DNA of 64,000 nucleotides from Syntrophomonadaceae bacterium (lineage in GTDB: Bacteria > Bacillota > Dethiobacteria > DTU022), in the NCBI GenBank assembly GCA_003554615.1, contig PWGX01000053.1:113-64112 (forward strand), read 5' to 3'. Positions 18,581 through 28,226 of this stretch are shown here, piece after piece; within the stretch, counting starts at the first letter, position 1, and each line of letters opens with the position of its first letter. The translations under genes and the position numbers were made by a program. Under the pieces are notes generated by a model that did no database searches, had not been told where the DNA came from, and saw only the letters and a list, made by a program, of their open reading frames with translations.

Positions 18581-19807
18581 ATGAAATTAATGCGGGTCAC
18601 AGACCCCGATCAAGTTTTAAAAATTATTAAAGAGCGCTTTAACCCGCTGGAAAGTGAAACCCTGGTCCTGGAAAATGCCGGTGGCTGCTACCTGTCTGAT
18701 AATATCTATGCTCCTGAAAATATTCCCGATTTTAACCGGTCCACTGTAGACGGCTACGCTGTTGCCGCCAAAGACACTTTCGGCGCCGGGGAAGGAATAC
18801 CGGCCATGCTGGAATGCATCGGAGAAGTCCTGATGGGAGAGCCGGCTCCTCCGATCAGCCCCGGGCAGTGCTGCCTGGTGCACACCGGGGGTATGCTCCC
18901 TGAAGGAGCCGATGCGATGATCATGGTCGAAGACACCGAAGTTACCGGGACTATGGTCCAGAGCTTTCGCCAGGTTGCTCCCGGGGAAAATGTAATCCAC
19001 CGGGGAGAGGATTTAAAGAAAGGCGATCCGGCCTTGACAAAAGGGCATTTGCTTCGCGCTCCTGAAATCGGCTTGCTGGCTTCGCTTGGCATAACAGATG
19101 TTGCAGTGCACCGCCGACCCAAAGTAGGATTCTTTTCCACCGGTGACGAGCTGGTCGATTACAGCAGGCCTAAACTTGAACCGGGCCAGATCAGGGACAG
19201 CAACGCTCCGGCCCTGCTTTACCTGGCCAGGCAGCTGGGCGCAGGAGCAGAGTACGGAGGAATTCTGCCCGATCGCTTCAAGGCTTTCCTGGAACAAAGC
19301 CGTTCCATGCTAACTGAAGTGGACCTTCTGGTTTTCTCCGGCGGCAGCTCGGTGGGTACCCGCGATTACACAGCGCGAACCATGCAAGAACTGGGCCAAC
19401 CCGGCCTTTTGGTAGAGGGTATTTCCATCCAGCCTGGAAAGCCAACCCTGCTGGCCAACTGCGGCGGTAAACCGGTCCTCGGCCTGCCGGGACACCCGGT
19501 ATCCGCCCTCAATATATTTAAGATTTTCGGTCGGGCTATCATCAATCGCCTGGCCGGGCAGGCAGAGAAACAGCTCAAGCCAACCGTAAGGGCAACCTTG
19601 AGCCGCAATATTTCTTCACGTTCCGGGCGAACCGATTATGTGCGGGTCAAACTGGAACCGGCTGCAGAGGGGCTTGCCGCCGTTCCTGTTTTCGGGCGCT
19701 CAGGGATGCTGCGCACTTTGTCTGAAGCCGATGGGGTGCTGATCATTCCTGCTGAAAAAGAAGGCCTGGGCGCCGGCGAACTGGTGGAAGTTGAAGTTTG
19801 GAATTAA
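18581..19807 (+). CDS. moeA: Molybdopterin molybdotransferase MoeA (copy 1)
   Basis: 408 aa; STVDGYAV, VHTGGMLPEGADAM, SGGSSVG and the PG(K/N)P motif. RBS is GAGGTG. Confidence 0.92.
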   Translation: MKLMRVTDPDQVLKIIKERFNPLESETLVLENAGGCYLSDNIYAPENIPDFNRSTVDGYAVAAKDTFGAGEGIPAMLECIGEVLMGEPAPPISPGQCCLVHTGGMLPEGADAMIMVEDTEVTGTMVQSFRQVAPGENVIHRGEDLKKGDPALTKGHLLRAPEIGLLASLGITDVAVHRRPKVGFFSTGDELVDYSRPKLEPGQIRDSNAPALLYLARQLGAGAEYGGILPDRFKAFLEQSRSMLTEVDLLVFSGGSSVGTRDYTARTMQELGQPGLLVEGISIQPGKPTLLANCGGKPVLGLPGHPVSALNIFKIFGRAIINRLAGQAEKQLKPTVRATLSRNISSRSGRTDYVRVKLEPAAEGLAAVPVFGRSGMLRTLSEADGVLIIPAEKEGLGAGELVEVEVWN

Positions 19808-19828
19808 TCAGGTTGATGGAGGTGCCTT

Positions 19829-21736
19829 TTGCGCAAAGTATATTTAAGCAACATCCCCCGGCGGGAAGCACTGGAAAAGTTCCTGGCCGGGGCAGAAATA
19901 CCACAACACACTGAGAAGACCGCCGTAGACGAAGCCCTGGACCGGGTGACCTCAAAAGCTGTTTTTGCCCGCTATTCGATGCCCGGCTACCATGCCGCAG
20001 CAATGGATGGAATAGCAGTGCAATCCCAAAAAACTTTTGGAGCTTCCGATCAGGCTCCCCTCCTGCTTAAACCGGAACAGGATTACCATAACATCAATAC
20101 CGGGGAACCTCTTCCTGCCGAATTCGATGCTGTAATCAAGGTGGAAGATGTGCAGTTCCACCAGGACGGGCGAGCGGAAATCCTGGCCCCGGCCACACCA
20201 TGGCAGCATGTCCGCTCCGTCGGTGAAGACGTGGTGTCCGGGGAGCTGATTATCCCTTCCCGGCACCCACTCCGCCCCCAGGACCTTGGAGCGCTCCTGG
20301 CCGGGGGAATCACTGAAATCGACACCCTTAAAGCCCCCCGGGTGGCAGTTATTCCCAGCGGATCGGAAATAATCGATCCCGGGGAAGAACGCAAAAAAGG
20401 GAGCATCCCCGACTTCAACAGCACCGTTATTGCTTCATATCTGAAGCAGTGGGGGGCGCACCCGGAAGTTAAGCCAAGCGTGCCCGATGATCCTGACCAG
20501 ATCCGGGAAGCCCTGCTTGGCGCTGTAAAAGAATATGAATTGATCATAATCAATGCCGGATCATCGGCAGGAGATAAAGATTTTACTTATGCAGCCATTG
20601 AAGAGCTGGGAGAGCCTTTTTTGCACGGCGTAGCCACCCGGCCCGGAAAACCGACTATACTCGGAAAGATCGGAGGAAAACCGGTGATTGGCCTACCCGG
20701 TTACCCGGTTTCCGCCTACATGAGCCTGGAGTGGTTTGCCCGGCCCCTGATTTACCGCTACTTTGGCCTGCCCCTGCCGGAGAGGGACAAGCTTAAGGTT
20801 ACCCTGGGACGAAGGGTTGTTTCAGAACTGGGTGTAGAAGAGTTCATCAGGATGTCGGTAGGTTTCGTCGAAGACCGCTATATTGCCAACCCCCTGACCA
20901 GGGGAGCGGGAGTTACCATGTCCCTGGTCCGTGCCGATGGCTTGCTGGTTGTGCCGGCCAACTCACTTGGCTATGAACAGGATGAAACAGTGGAAATCGA
21001 GCTCTGCCGCCCCGAAGCTGAGTTGCGGCATAATTTACTGGCTGCCGGCAGCCATGACCTGATCTTGGACCTGCTGGCCTCGGCCCTGAAAGAACGCGCC
21101 CCTTATTTAAGCCTCTCCTCGGCCCACCTGGGCAGCATGGGTGGAATTGCCGCCGTGGGGCGGGGCCAGGCCCACCTGGCCGGTGCGCACCTGTTTGATC
21201 CTGAAAGTAAGGATTACAACTGGCCTTATGTCGAAAAAATGATGCCCCGGGCAGATATGCACCTGGTCAACCTGGCTTACCGGATGCAGGGCTGGATAGT
21301 GCCCCGGGGCAACCCCGACGGCATTGAAACGGTCGGCAACCTGGCCGATTCCGGGGTCAGCTTTATTAACCGCCAGAAGGGAGCCGGAACCCGGATCCTT
21401 TTCGATCACCTGCTCCGTGAGGAGGGCCTTTCACCGGACCGGATTTACGGCTATGAACGCGAAGAACACACCCATTTAAACGTAGCAGCCGCGGTAGCAG
21501 CCGGAACCGCCCGGGTGGGCCTGGGCATTTTGCCCGCTGCCAGGGCTTTTGACCTTGATTTTGTTCCCCTGGTCGAAGAAAGGTACGACCTTTTGATGAA
21601 CGGCTCATTTTACAACAGCAGTGAAGCGAAAGCCCTTTTTGAAATAATAACCGACCCCCATTTCCAGGAAAAAGCTGAAGCCATGGGGGGGTATAGTATG
21701 AGGGACGCCGGTAAGAGTATGGGAAAAGCGAATTGA
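19829..21736 (+). CDS. MoeA (copy 2) fused to a C-terminal periplasmic-binding-protein-like domain
   Basis: The N-terminal ~400 aa parallel MoeA ([23 protein letters not shown]). An extra ~230 aa (AAGSHDL...[14 protein letters not shown]) resembles a PBP/ModA-like substrate-binding fold. Confidence 0.8.
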   Translation: MRKVYLSNIPRREALEKFLAGAEIPQHTEKTAVDEALDRVTSKAVFARYSMPGYHAAAMDGIAVQSQKTFGASDQAPLLLKPEQDYHNINTGEPLPAEFDAVIKVEDVQFHQDGRAEILAPATPWQHVRSVGEDVVSGELIIPSRHPLRPQDLGALLAGGITEIDTLKAPRVAVIPSGSEIIDPGEERKKGSIPDFNSTVIASYLKQWGAHPEVKPSVPDDPDQIREALLGAVKEYELIIINAGSSAGDKDFTYAAIEELGEPFLHGVATRPGKPTILGKIGGKPVIGLPGYPVSAYMSLEWFARPLIYRYFGLPLPERDKLKVTLGRRVVSELGVEEFIRMSVGFVEDRYIANPLTRGAGVTMSLVRADGLLVVPANSLGYEQDETVEIELCRPEAELRHNLLAAGSHDLILDLLASALKERAPYLSLSSAHLGSMGGIAAVGRGQAHLAGAHLFDPESKDYNWPYVEKMMPRADMHLVNLAYRMQGWIVPRGNPDGIETVGNLADSGVSFINRQKGAGTRILFDHLLREEGLSPDRIYGYEREEHTHLNVAAAVAAGTARVGLGILPAARAFDLDFVPLVEERYDLLMNGSFYNSSEAKALFEIITDPHFQEKAEAMGGYSMRDAGKSMGKAN

Positions 21737-21898
21737 GTTAAATATTTTGGCAGCTTTAGAAAGAGTAGAGCTTGCCGTGACCATTAAAGGCCCCGTATCA
21801 TTAGTTTTTGACTTAACCGCTTAAATTTTTCTGTTCAAAAAGTGATGATCTGGTAACAGAGCAAATAGAAATATTGCAGCAAAGGAGCTCCACGGACT

Positions 21899-22894
21899 AT
21901 GACATTAAAAGACGGTCAAGGAAGGATGCATGACTACCTGAGGATCTCGATCACCGACCGCTGCAACCTGCGCTGTGTGTACTGCATGGGCGATGACGGG
22001 ATCGAACAAACTTCGCATGATGCTATTTTGAGCTACGAGGAGATCATGAAAGTTGTTTCAGCCGGCGCTGAATTGGGGATCAGCAAAATCAGGATCACGG
22101 GTGGAGAACCCCTGGTCCGCAAAGACCTGATCGAGCTGATCCGGATGATTGCAGCCGTTCCGGGAATTAAGGACCTGGCTATGACTACCAATGGGACCCT
22201 CCTGCCTCGCTATGCGGAAGCACTTAAAAATGCTGGCCTGAACCGGGTCAATATCAGCCTTGACACTTTAAATGCGGATAAATACCGGCAAATTACCCGC
22301 TGCGGAAAGTTTGAAGAAGCTATGAAAGGCATTGAAACCGCCCTGCACTACAATCTGCGCCCGGTTAAACTGAACACCGTCCTGATGAAGGGAGTAAACG
22401 ACGATGAAGTTATAGACTTCCTGCAGCTGGTCCGGGAAAAACCGCTGCATATACGCTTCATCGAATACATGCAGATCGGCGATCATGACCAGGGCTACAG
22501 CAGTCATTACCTGCCCCTTAGCTTTATCGAAAAAACGGCAAAGAAAGCCGGCCTGCCTTTAACCCCGGTGCCCCTGCCGGGAGGAGCCGGCCCGGCCGAA
22601 TCATACAGCATCCCCGGGGGCAAGGGGACAATTGGCCTGATTCATCCGATCAGCAAGCATTTCTGCGATACCTGCAACCGCCTCCGCCTGACGGCTGAAG
22701 GTTCGCTCAAAGCCTGCCTTTACTGGCAGGATGAAAAGCCTGTGCAGCCGGTTTTAGACGACAAAAAAGCATTGCAGGGGCTGATCAGGGAAGTGCTGGG
22801 CGGCAAACCGGTCGAACATCAGATGGCTGCCGACGGCAGTTGCCGTACAATCAACCCCGGGGCAATGCGGGGCATGTCCAAAACCGGGGGATAA
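21899..22894 (+). CDS. moaA: GTP 3',8-cyclase MoaA (radical SAM)
   Basis: LRISITDRCNLRCVYCM cluster, ITGGEPL, and a C-terminal CDTCNRLRLTAEG second cluster. Confidence 0.95.
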   Translation: MTLKDGQGRMHDYLRISITDRCNLRCVYCMGDDGIEQTSHDAILSYEEIMKVVSAGAELGISKIRITGGEPLVRKDLIELIRMIAAVPGIKDLAMTTNGTLLPRYAEALKNAGLNRVNISLDTLNADKYRQITRCGKFEEAMKGIETALHYNLRPVKLNTVLMKGVNDDEVIDFLQLVREKPLHIRFIEYMQIGDHDQGYSSHYLPLSFIEKTAKKAGLPLTPVPLPGGAGPAESYSIPGGKGTIGLIHPISKHFCDTCNRLRLTAEGSLKACLYWQDEKPVQPVLDDKKALQGLIREVLGGKPVEHQMAADGSCRTINPGAMRGMSKTGG

Positions 22895-22973
22895 AAATTA
22901 TTAATGAGAGGTTGCAAATAAAGAGAAATAGAAACAAGTTTTTTGATTGAATAATGAAATTGGAGGTGGGGAC

Positions 22974-24017
22974 TTGCCGCCGGCAATAATTCACCTGGTT
23001 GCTTCCCGGTCCAAGACGGGTAAAACAACTATCCTGGAAAACCTGGTGCCGGAGCTAAAACAGCGCGGCCTAAAAATCGCTGTCCTCAAGGGCAACCTTA
23101 AGCATTATGACCTTGACCTGCCGGGCAAAGACAGCTGGCGCTTTGCTGAAGCCGGCGCCGATGTGGCAGGCTTCACCACCCCGGGAAAATACCTTTTAAT
23201 TGGTACGAGCCTGGGTAAAAGTGGAAACGAAGCCGCAGCCGAATTTTTACAGGGCCTGGACCTGGTCATAATTGAAGGGAACAAAAAAACAAAAAATCCC
23301 AAGATTGAAGTTGTGCGGAGCGATCTTAACCCCGAACCGCTGTTACTGCCCAACACGGTCGCCGTTATCTCCGACAGCAGCAACCTTAATCTTGAGGTGC
23401 CGGTAATCGATATTAATGATCCGGCCGCCCTGGCAGATTTTATCTGCAACCGCTTCCTTTCTCCCACCGTAAAAAATAGTTCGGCAGAAGAGGCAAGCCA
23501 TTTTGGGGACAGTTACGGGGATCAGGAAAGCGGCGGCGGTTTTACCCATTTCGACCAGTCCGGGCGCCCCAGGATGGTTGATGTATCAGGCAAAGAACAA
23601 ACCAGCCGCGAAGCCTATGCCCGGGGCGAAATAACCATGGCCCCGGATACCCTGACCCGGGTTCTCGAAGGAAGCATGGCCAAAGGTGACGTACTCGGGG
23701 TAGCCCAGGTGGCCGCCGTAATGGCAGTCAAAGAAACCGGCCGATTGATCCCGATGGCCCATCCCCTGGGCATTTCAGGGGTTGAAGTCGACTTTGAACC
23801 GGTAAAAGAAGATCCGGCCAGGATCGAAGTCGGAGTCAGGGTTAAGTTGACCGGCCAGACCGGAGTGGAAATGGAGGCTCTGACCGGGGTAAGCGCAGCC
23901 GCCCTGACCATTTATGACATGTGCAAAGCAGTCGATAAAAACATGACCATTCGAAACATCCGCCTGATCGAAAAGAAAGGAGGGCGCTCCGGCCATTACC
24001 GCCGCGAGCAAGAATAA
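22974..24017 (+). CDS. MobB-MoaC fusion protein (MGD biosynthesis adapter + cyclic pyranopterin monophosphate synthase)
   Basis: The N-terminal half has the SRSKTGKTT P-loop and LKIAVLK of MobB. The C-terminal half has THFD...RMVDVS.K..T.R.A and PMAHPL...GVEMEALT of MoaC. Start set to TTG 22974, 6-7 nt after GGAGGTG. Confidence 0.85.
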   Translation: MPPAIIHLVASRSKTGKTTILENLVPELKQRGLKIAVLKGNLKHYDLDLPGKDSWRFAEAGADVAGFTTPGKYLLIGTSLGKSGNEAAAEFLQGLDLVIIEGNKKTKNPKIEVVRSDLNPEPLLLPNTVAVISDSSNLNLEVPVIDINDPAALADFICNRFLSPTVKNSSAEEASHFGDSYGDQESGGGFTHFDQSGRPRMVDVSGKEQTSREAYARGEITMAPDTLTRVLEGSMAKGDVLGVAQVAAVMAVKETGRLIPMAHPLGISGVEVDFEPVKEDPARIEVGVRVKLTGQTGVEMEALTGVSAAALTIYDMCKAVDKNMTIRNIRLIEKKGGRSGHYRREQE

Positions 24018-24931
24018 TGCCTGAAATAGTAGCCGTATGCACCAGCCCGAACAAGGGACAGCGTAAGAAAAATGTGGGAAAAAGTCTTTTGATTAAAGAC
24101 AGGGGGCTGGAAAATGATGCCCATGCCGGCTTTGCTCACCGCCAGGTAAGCCTTTTAGCCGAAGAAAGTATTGCCAAAATGACCGCCCAGGGCCTGGATG
24201 TTGGCCCCGGTGATTTTGCCGAAAATCTGACCACACGGGGGATCGACCTGGTCAACCTACCTGTGGGGACCAGGCTGCAGGCCGGCCCTGAAGCGGTCCT
24301 GCGGGTCACCCAGATCGGAAAAGAATGTCACGACCGCTGCGCCATTTATTACCAGGCCGGTGACTGCGTTATGCCCCGGGAAGGAATTTTTACCGAAGTA
24401 CTCCGGGATGGCAATATAGAAGTGGGCGACAAACTGGAGCTTAAAACCTCATATCGGTTCGGGGTTATTACCGCCAGCGACAAGGGGGTCGTAGGAAAGC
24501 GGGAAGATACCAGCGGGCCGGCGGTACAAAGCCTGCTGCTGCCCTGGGGCGATGTTACCGAGACAGCCATTGTGCCGGATGAACAGGCCACCCTGGCCGC
24601 CAAAACGCGGGAGCTGCTTTCAAGCGGAGTGGATGCAATATTTACCACCGGTGGGACCGGTTTAAGCCCCCGCGATGTTACCCCCGAAGCCACCCTTGAA
24701 GTTATCGATCGGGAAGTGCCCGGCATCGCAGAAGCTATCCGCCGCGAAACAGCAGCGGCTACGCCCAAGGCCATGCTTTCCAGGGGAGTGGCCGGGATCA
24801 GCGGTTCCACCTTGATCGTAAATTTGCCCGGCAGCCCGAAAGCAGTGGCCGAATGCCTGGCCGTTATTGCACCGGTGCTCGACCACGCCCTGGAAACAGT
24901 TACAGGCCGCGGCGGAGAATGCGCCAGGTGA
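24017..24931 (+). CDS. MOSC domain - MogA/MoaB fusion protein
   Basis: The N-terminal ~150 aa are MOSC-like (GLENDAHAG..HRQVSLL...GDFAENLT). The C-terminal half is MogA/MoaB-like (VITASDKG...TTGGTGLSPRDVTPEAT). Its start overlaps the upstream stop (TAATG). Confidence 0.8.
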   Translation: MPEIVAVCTSPNKGQRKKNVGKSLLIKDRGLENDAHAGFAHRQVSLLAEESIAKMTAQGLDVGPGDFAENLTTRGIDLVNLPVGTRLQAGPEAVLRVTQIGKECHDRCAIYYQAGDCVMPREGIFTEVLRDGNIEVGDKLELKTSYRFGVITASDKGVVGKREDTSGPAVQSLLLPWGDVTETAIVPDEQATLAAKTRELLSSGVDAIFTTGGTGLSPRDVTPEATLEVIDREVPGIAEAIRRETAAATPKAMLSRGVAGISGSTLIVNLPGSPKAVAECLAVIAPVLDHALETVTGRGGECAR

Positions 24932-25001
24932 AAAAGACCAGATTTTGCTGCAGTCACTGAAATCCAACCGGTTGAAGCATTATTAAAGTAAAGTATTAAA
25001 T

Positions 25002-25050
25002 AACTACCCCCGCCCGTTTTTCCTAAGGGGAATGTCCGGCGGGGGTAGTT
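25002..25050. terminator. Long GC hairpin between convergent operons (terminator, best for the minus-strand gene)
   Basis: AACTACCCCCGCC (25002-14) pairs perfectly with GGCGGGGGTAGTT (25038-50). On the minus strand it is followed by TTATTTAATAC. Confidence 0.65.
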
Positions 25051-25104
25051 TGCTTGTGGCATTGCAGGCACAAAAGTTTTTATCAAACCCCTTATAGTTG
25101 TTGG

Positions 25105-25839
25105 CTATTCTTTCAGTGCACTCAAAATTGAACGCAGCCTCTCGCGGTAACCCGCCGTTTCAATGACGGTGCCGGTCACAACAATATCGGCCCCGGCCTG
25201 GCGAACCCGGCGAGCATCGATAGCCGTCCGGATACCGCCGCCTACAATCAGGGGCACTGTGATTTCCCGCTTAACCGCCCTGATCATACCGGCTGGCACC
25301 GGCTGGGCCGCTCCGTTTCCGGCTTCGAGGAAAACATAGCCCATGCCCATGTACTGGGCTGTAAGGGCATAACCGATTGCCTGCCAGAAGTTATCTCGGG
25401 CCACCAGGTCGGCTTCTCCGATCTCACCCAATTTCATGCCGGGCTCAACCATGATATAACCGATCGACAGGACTTCCACATCCAACCGCTTCAAAACCGT
25501 CGAAACTTTTGACTGGGTCCCGCTGATAAATTTGGAGTTTCGCGAATTCAGAAGGCTGAGCATTAGAAAAGCATCAAGGTTAAGACAGATCGATTCAGTT
25601 CCGGTGGGGAAGAAAAGTACCGGTATAGAAGCCCTCTCTTTGACAACTTCCGCGGTCTCGGTCAGGGCCCGCTGGGTGACTCCGGAGGAGCCGCCAACAA
25701 AAATCAAATCACTTCCTACATCCTGAGCCGTTTCGGCCAGCCTGCCGGCTGCTTCAGGCACCTGTCGGGAAGGATCGATCAGGGTGATATGGACAGCGCC
25801 CTGTTCAAGTTTTTGTTCAATGTATTTTTGAACTTTCAT
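25105..25839 (-). CDS. Geranylgeranylglyceryl/heptaprenylglyceryl phosphate synthase family protein (PcrB/GGGPS)
   Basis: The motifs ITLIDPS, FVGGSSGVT, LLNSRN, FLEAGNGA..PVP and VGGGIRT mark the TIM-barrel GGGPS/PcrB family. Length 244 aa. Confidence 0.85.
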   Translation of the reverse strand: MKVQKYIEQKLEQGAVHITLIDPSRQVPEAAGRLAETAQDVGSDLIFVGGSSGVTQRALTETAEVVKERASIPVLFFPTGTESICLNLDAFLMLSLLNSRNSKFISGTQSKVSTVLKRLDVEVLSIGYIMVEPGMKLGEIGEADLVARDNFWQAIGYALTAQYMGMGYVFLEAGNGAAQPVPAGMIRAVKREITVPLIVGGGIRTAIDARRVRQAGADIVVTGTVIETAGYRERLRSILSALKE

Positions 25840-26148
25840 TGCTATTACCTTCTTCTTAAAAAAACTTTAATCGAACCATTTTACCCCTGTTACTCGCTCA
25901 CGCTATTATTGAAAGAGATTTAGTATCCTAAGCTTATTATAATTTAGATCGACCGGTTTGACAACTGATCAAGAAATCCCGATAAAGCTGATCCGGGCAG
26001 CTTTCATAACTCCTGCTTCGTTTTAAGAGCAATTCCTCTTTTAATTTAAGTTTCAATTCCCATTATACCGACCCTTTTCCGGAAAAGAATAACCACTCGC
26101 TGAGCAGGTTTTAGATTAGTGTAGTATTAATCAGCTCGCTTGTCCATA

Positions 26149-27104
26149 CTATTTAGGATAAAACTGATCTCTATTTTTAATTGATCGTTCGCCTTTTTTG
26201 AACAAAAAAAGCCGTTCATCGGAAACTCCTCCCCAGTACCGGGTCGACGCGATCATGGCCACCCGATCGTACGGGTTGCTAATCGCCTGCAGTAAGTTAC
26301 TCAGGGCCACAATTTCCACTCTTTGAAAAAATTTTTTGCCTCCTTCCAGGCGAAAAGGGATTTTCCGGCGCCGCAATGCTTCCTCGTAGTGTTCAAGCCC
26401 GGTTGTGGTGGGAAATAAGAGAGCTAGATCCCCGTATTTTAAAACCCTTTCTGCTCCATTTTCATCTATTTTCCATTTTCCCACTGCCTCAAGAATTTTT
26501 TCAGCGGATGCTTCCGCTTCGGCAATCCTTATTTCATCGGCAGAAGAATCCTCTAAGGCATCTTCCGGTTCTGGGATAATGCAGGGAGGCATTCCCGGGT
26601 CGGCCCGGTATGGGGCTAAAAATTGGTAATCAGGCTGGTAGTTTTCCTTAGGTTTAATGATCCTGCTGAAAGCATAGTTAACCCATTCTATAAAGGGCTT
26701 GACAGTGCGGAAACCCTGGTCATCCTGATCGCAGCAATCAAAAAGCAGTTGCTTCAATTCTTCCCGGTGCTCAGCAAAGCGGGACAGGAATTTATCCAGT
26801 TCATCCCGGCCGGTGTGAAACGAGGCCCTGAACAATGCCACAGGACAACCGGTTCAAGCCGGGGACAATTTACCAGTTGGGCAACCAGTTCCTTTTCCAA
26901 CGGTGAAACATCATACAAGCCATACAGTATTAGTTTAAAATGGTTTTCGGGCGGCAGGGCCTTGCCTGCCAGCCGGTAAAGAGCGGGCCGATCGGCAAAA
27001 GGTCCCATCCGGTGTGTGTAACAGAATGTTATCACCGCTCCGGGTTTATGATAATATAACAATACAGGTTTCCGAAACTTTAAAGAGTAACCCGGAAAAA
27101 GCAT
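26149..27104 (-). pseudogene. Remnant of a UvrD/AddA-AddB-type helicase-nuclease gene (internal fragment, frameshifted)
   Basis: Two overlapping ORFs (27104-26754 and 26841-26149) join by a frameshift near 26840. YGDLALLFPTTTGLEHYEEALRRRKIPFRLEGGKKFFQRVEIVALSNLLQAISNPYDRVAMIAS resembles the 2A/2B region of UvrD-like helicases. There are no Walker A, DExx or C-terminal nuclease parts. Confidence 0.55.
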
Positions 27105-27156
27105 TAGGTTTTGGGTTAATCCCGGGAAACTGATCGCAAAGACAGGAGTGATTTAA

Positions 27157-27678
27157 TTGAACCTGGTAGAATACAATGGGAAAAAGCCTCTAATCGGCAA
27201 AAGAGTTTATGTAGACCCCACGGCAATACTGATCGGGGATATTGTCCTTGAAGAAGGGGTGGGGATCTGGCCTGGAGTGGTAATCAGGGCCGACGAAGGA
27301 AAAGTGGTCCTTGAAGAAGGGGTAATGGTCCTGGAAAATGCCATTATTGAACCCGGTAAAGGGAGTTCGTTGAATATCCGGAGCGGTTCTATTATCAGCC
27401 ACGGAGCCATAATTCACGGAGCTTCGATTGGCAGAAACTGTGTTATTGGAATCGGGGCCAAAGTTTTGGATAATGCAGATGTTGGCGACCACACTATCAT
27501 CGGGGCCGGTGCCCTGGTTGCGCCAAACAAGGAAATCCCTTCAAAAAAAATGGTCCTGGGTCTTCCCGGAAAAGTTATTAAAGACCTGGATAATTCCGAC
27601 CTGGCAAACAGCCAAAAAGAGTGGGAAATGCTGAACAACAAGCTTGATTACTACATTCAAACAAGGGGTATAAAGTAA
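27157..27678 (+). CDS. Gamma-carbonic-anhydrase-like / hexapeptide-repeat (LbH) protein
   Basis: Left-handed beta-helix hexapeptide repeats (IGDIVL, IWPGVVIRAD, ISHGAIIHGASIG, VIGIGAKV). TTG start 8 nt after AGGAG. Length 173 aa. Confidence 0.8.
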   Translation: MNLVEYNGKKPLIGKRVYVDPTAILIGDIVLEEGVGIWPGVVIRADEGKVVLEEGVMVLENAIIEPGKGSSLNIRSGSIISHGAIIHGASIGRNCVIGIGAKVLDNADVGDHTIIGAGALVAPNKEIPSKKMVLGLPGKVIKDLDNSDLANSQKEWEMLNNKLDYYIQTRGIK

Positions 27679-27781
27679 TTTTAAATGCGTTTTAGATTCT
27701 ACTTTTCAAACTGAAGCTAAAATACGGTAATCATCTCTTCTTGCAGAATTTTCCCCACTATAAGATTAAATCAATAATTAA

Positions 27782-27803
27782 AGCCCGATGCTAGCATCGG
27801 GCT
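27782..27803. terminator. Bidirectional terminator hairpin after rpsI
   Basis: AGCCCGATGC-TA-GCATCGGGCT is a perfect 10-bp stem. On the minus strand it is followed by TTTAATTATTGATTT. Confidence 0.7.
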
Positions 27804-27833
27804 AAGTTTATGTCGTATGATTTTAGGCAATCT

Positions 27834-28226
27834 TTACCGCTTGGAGAATTGTGGAGCGCGGCGGGCTTTTTTCAAGCCGTACTTTTTCCGTTCTTTCATA
27901 CGCGGATCCCGGGTTAAAAAGCCGTTTTTCTTTAATGTCGGCCTGTAGCTGTCATCGGACTGCAACAGGGCACGGGCGATCCCATGCCTGATTGCCCCGG
28001 CCTGGCCGGAAAATCCTCCACCTTCGACCTTTGTGATTACATCGAAAGTGCCTTCGGTTTCAGTAGCCACCAGCGGTTGCCTGACAATCAGTTTCAATGT
28101 TTCCAGCCCAAAATAATCGTCCATTTCCTTCCCGTTAATGACAATTCTTCCACCGCCGGGTACTAAACGGACTCTTGCTACAGACTCTTTACGGCGTCCC
28201 GTACCTATATATTGAACTTCGCTCAA
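27834..28226 (-). CDS. rpsI: 30S ribosomal protein S9
   Basis: [14 protein letters not shown] start, C-terminal RRAPQFSKR. Follows rplM. Confidence 0.97.
   Translation of the reverse strand: MSEVQYIGTGRRKESVARVRLVPGGGRIVINGKEMDDYFGLETLKLIVRQPLVATETEGTFDVITKVEGGGFSGQAGAIRHGIARALLQSDDSYRPTLKKNGFLTRDPRMKERKKYGLKKARRAPQFSKR

Noticed and set aside
18445-18630. 61-aa ORF upstream of and overlapping the moeA start
   Set aside because: It is fully occupied by the Moco riboswitch aptamer and its terminator. It has a non-ATG start, no RBS, and its frame overlaps the real moeA start.
24349-25086. 245-aa ORF antisense to the MOSC-MogA gene
   Set aside because: It lies entirely opposite a well-supported CDS. 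It is Ser/Pro/Ala/Thr/Arg-rich with no motifs, which is typical of a shadow ORF in a moderately GC-rich coding region, and it runs through the terminator hairpin.
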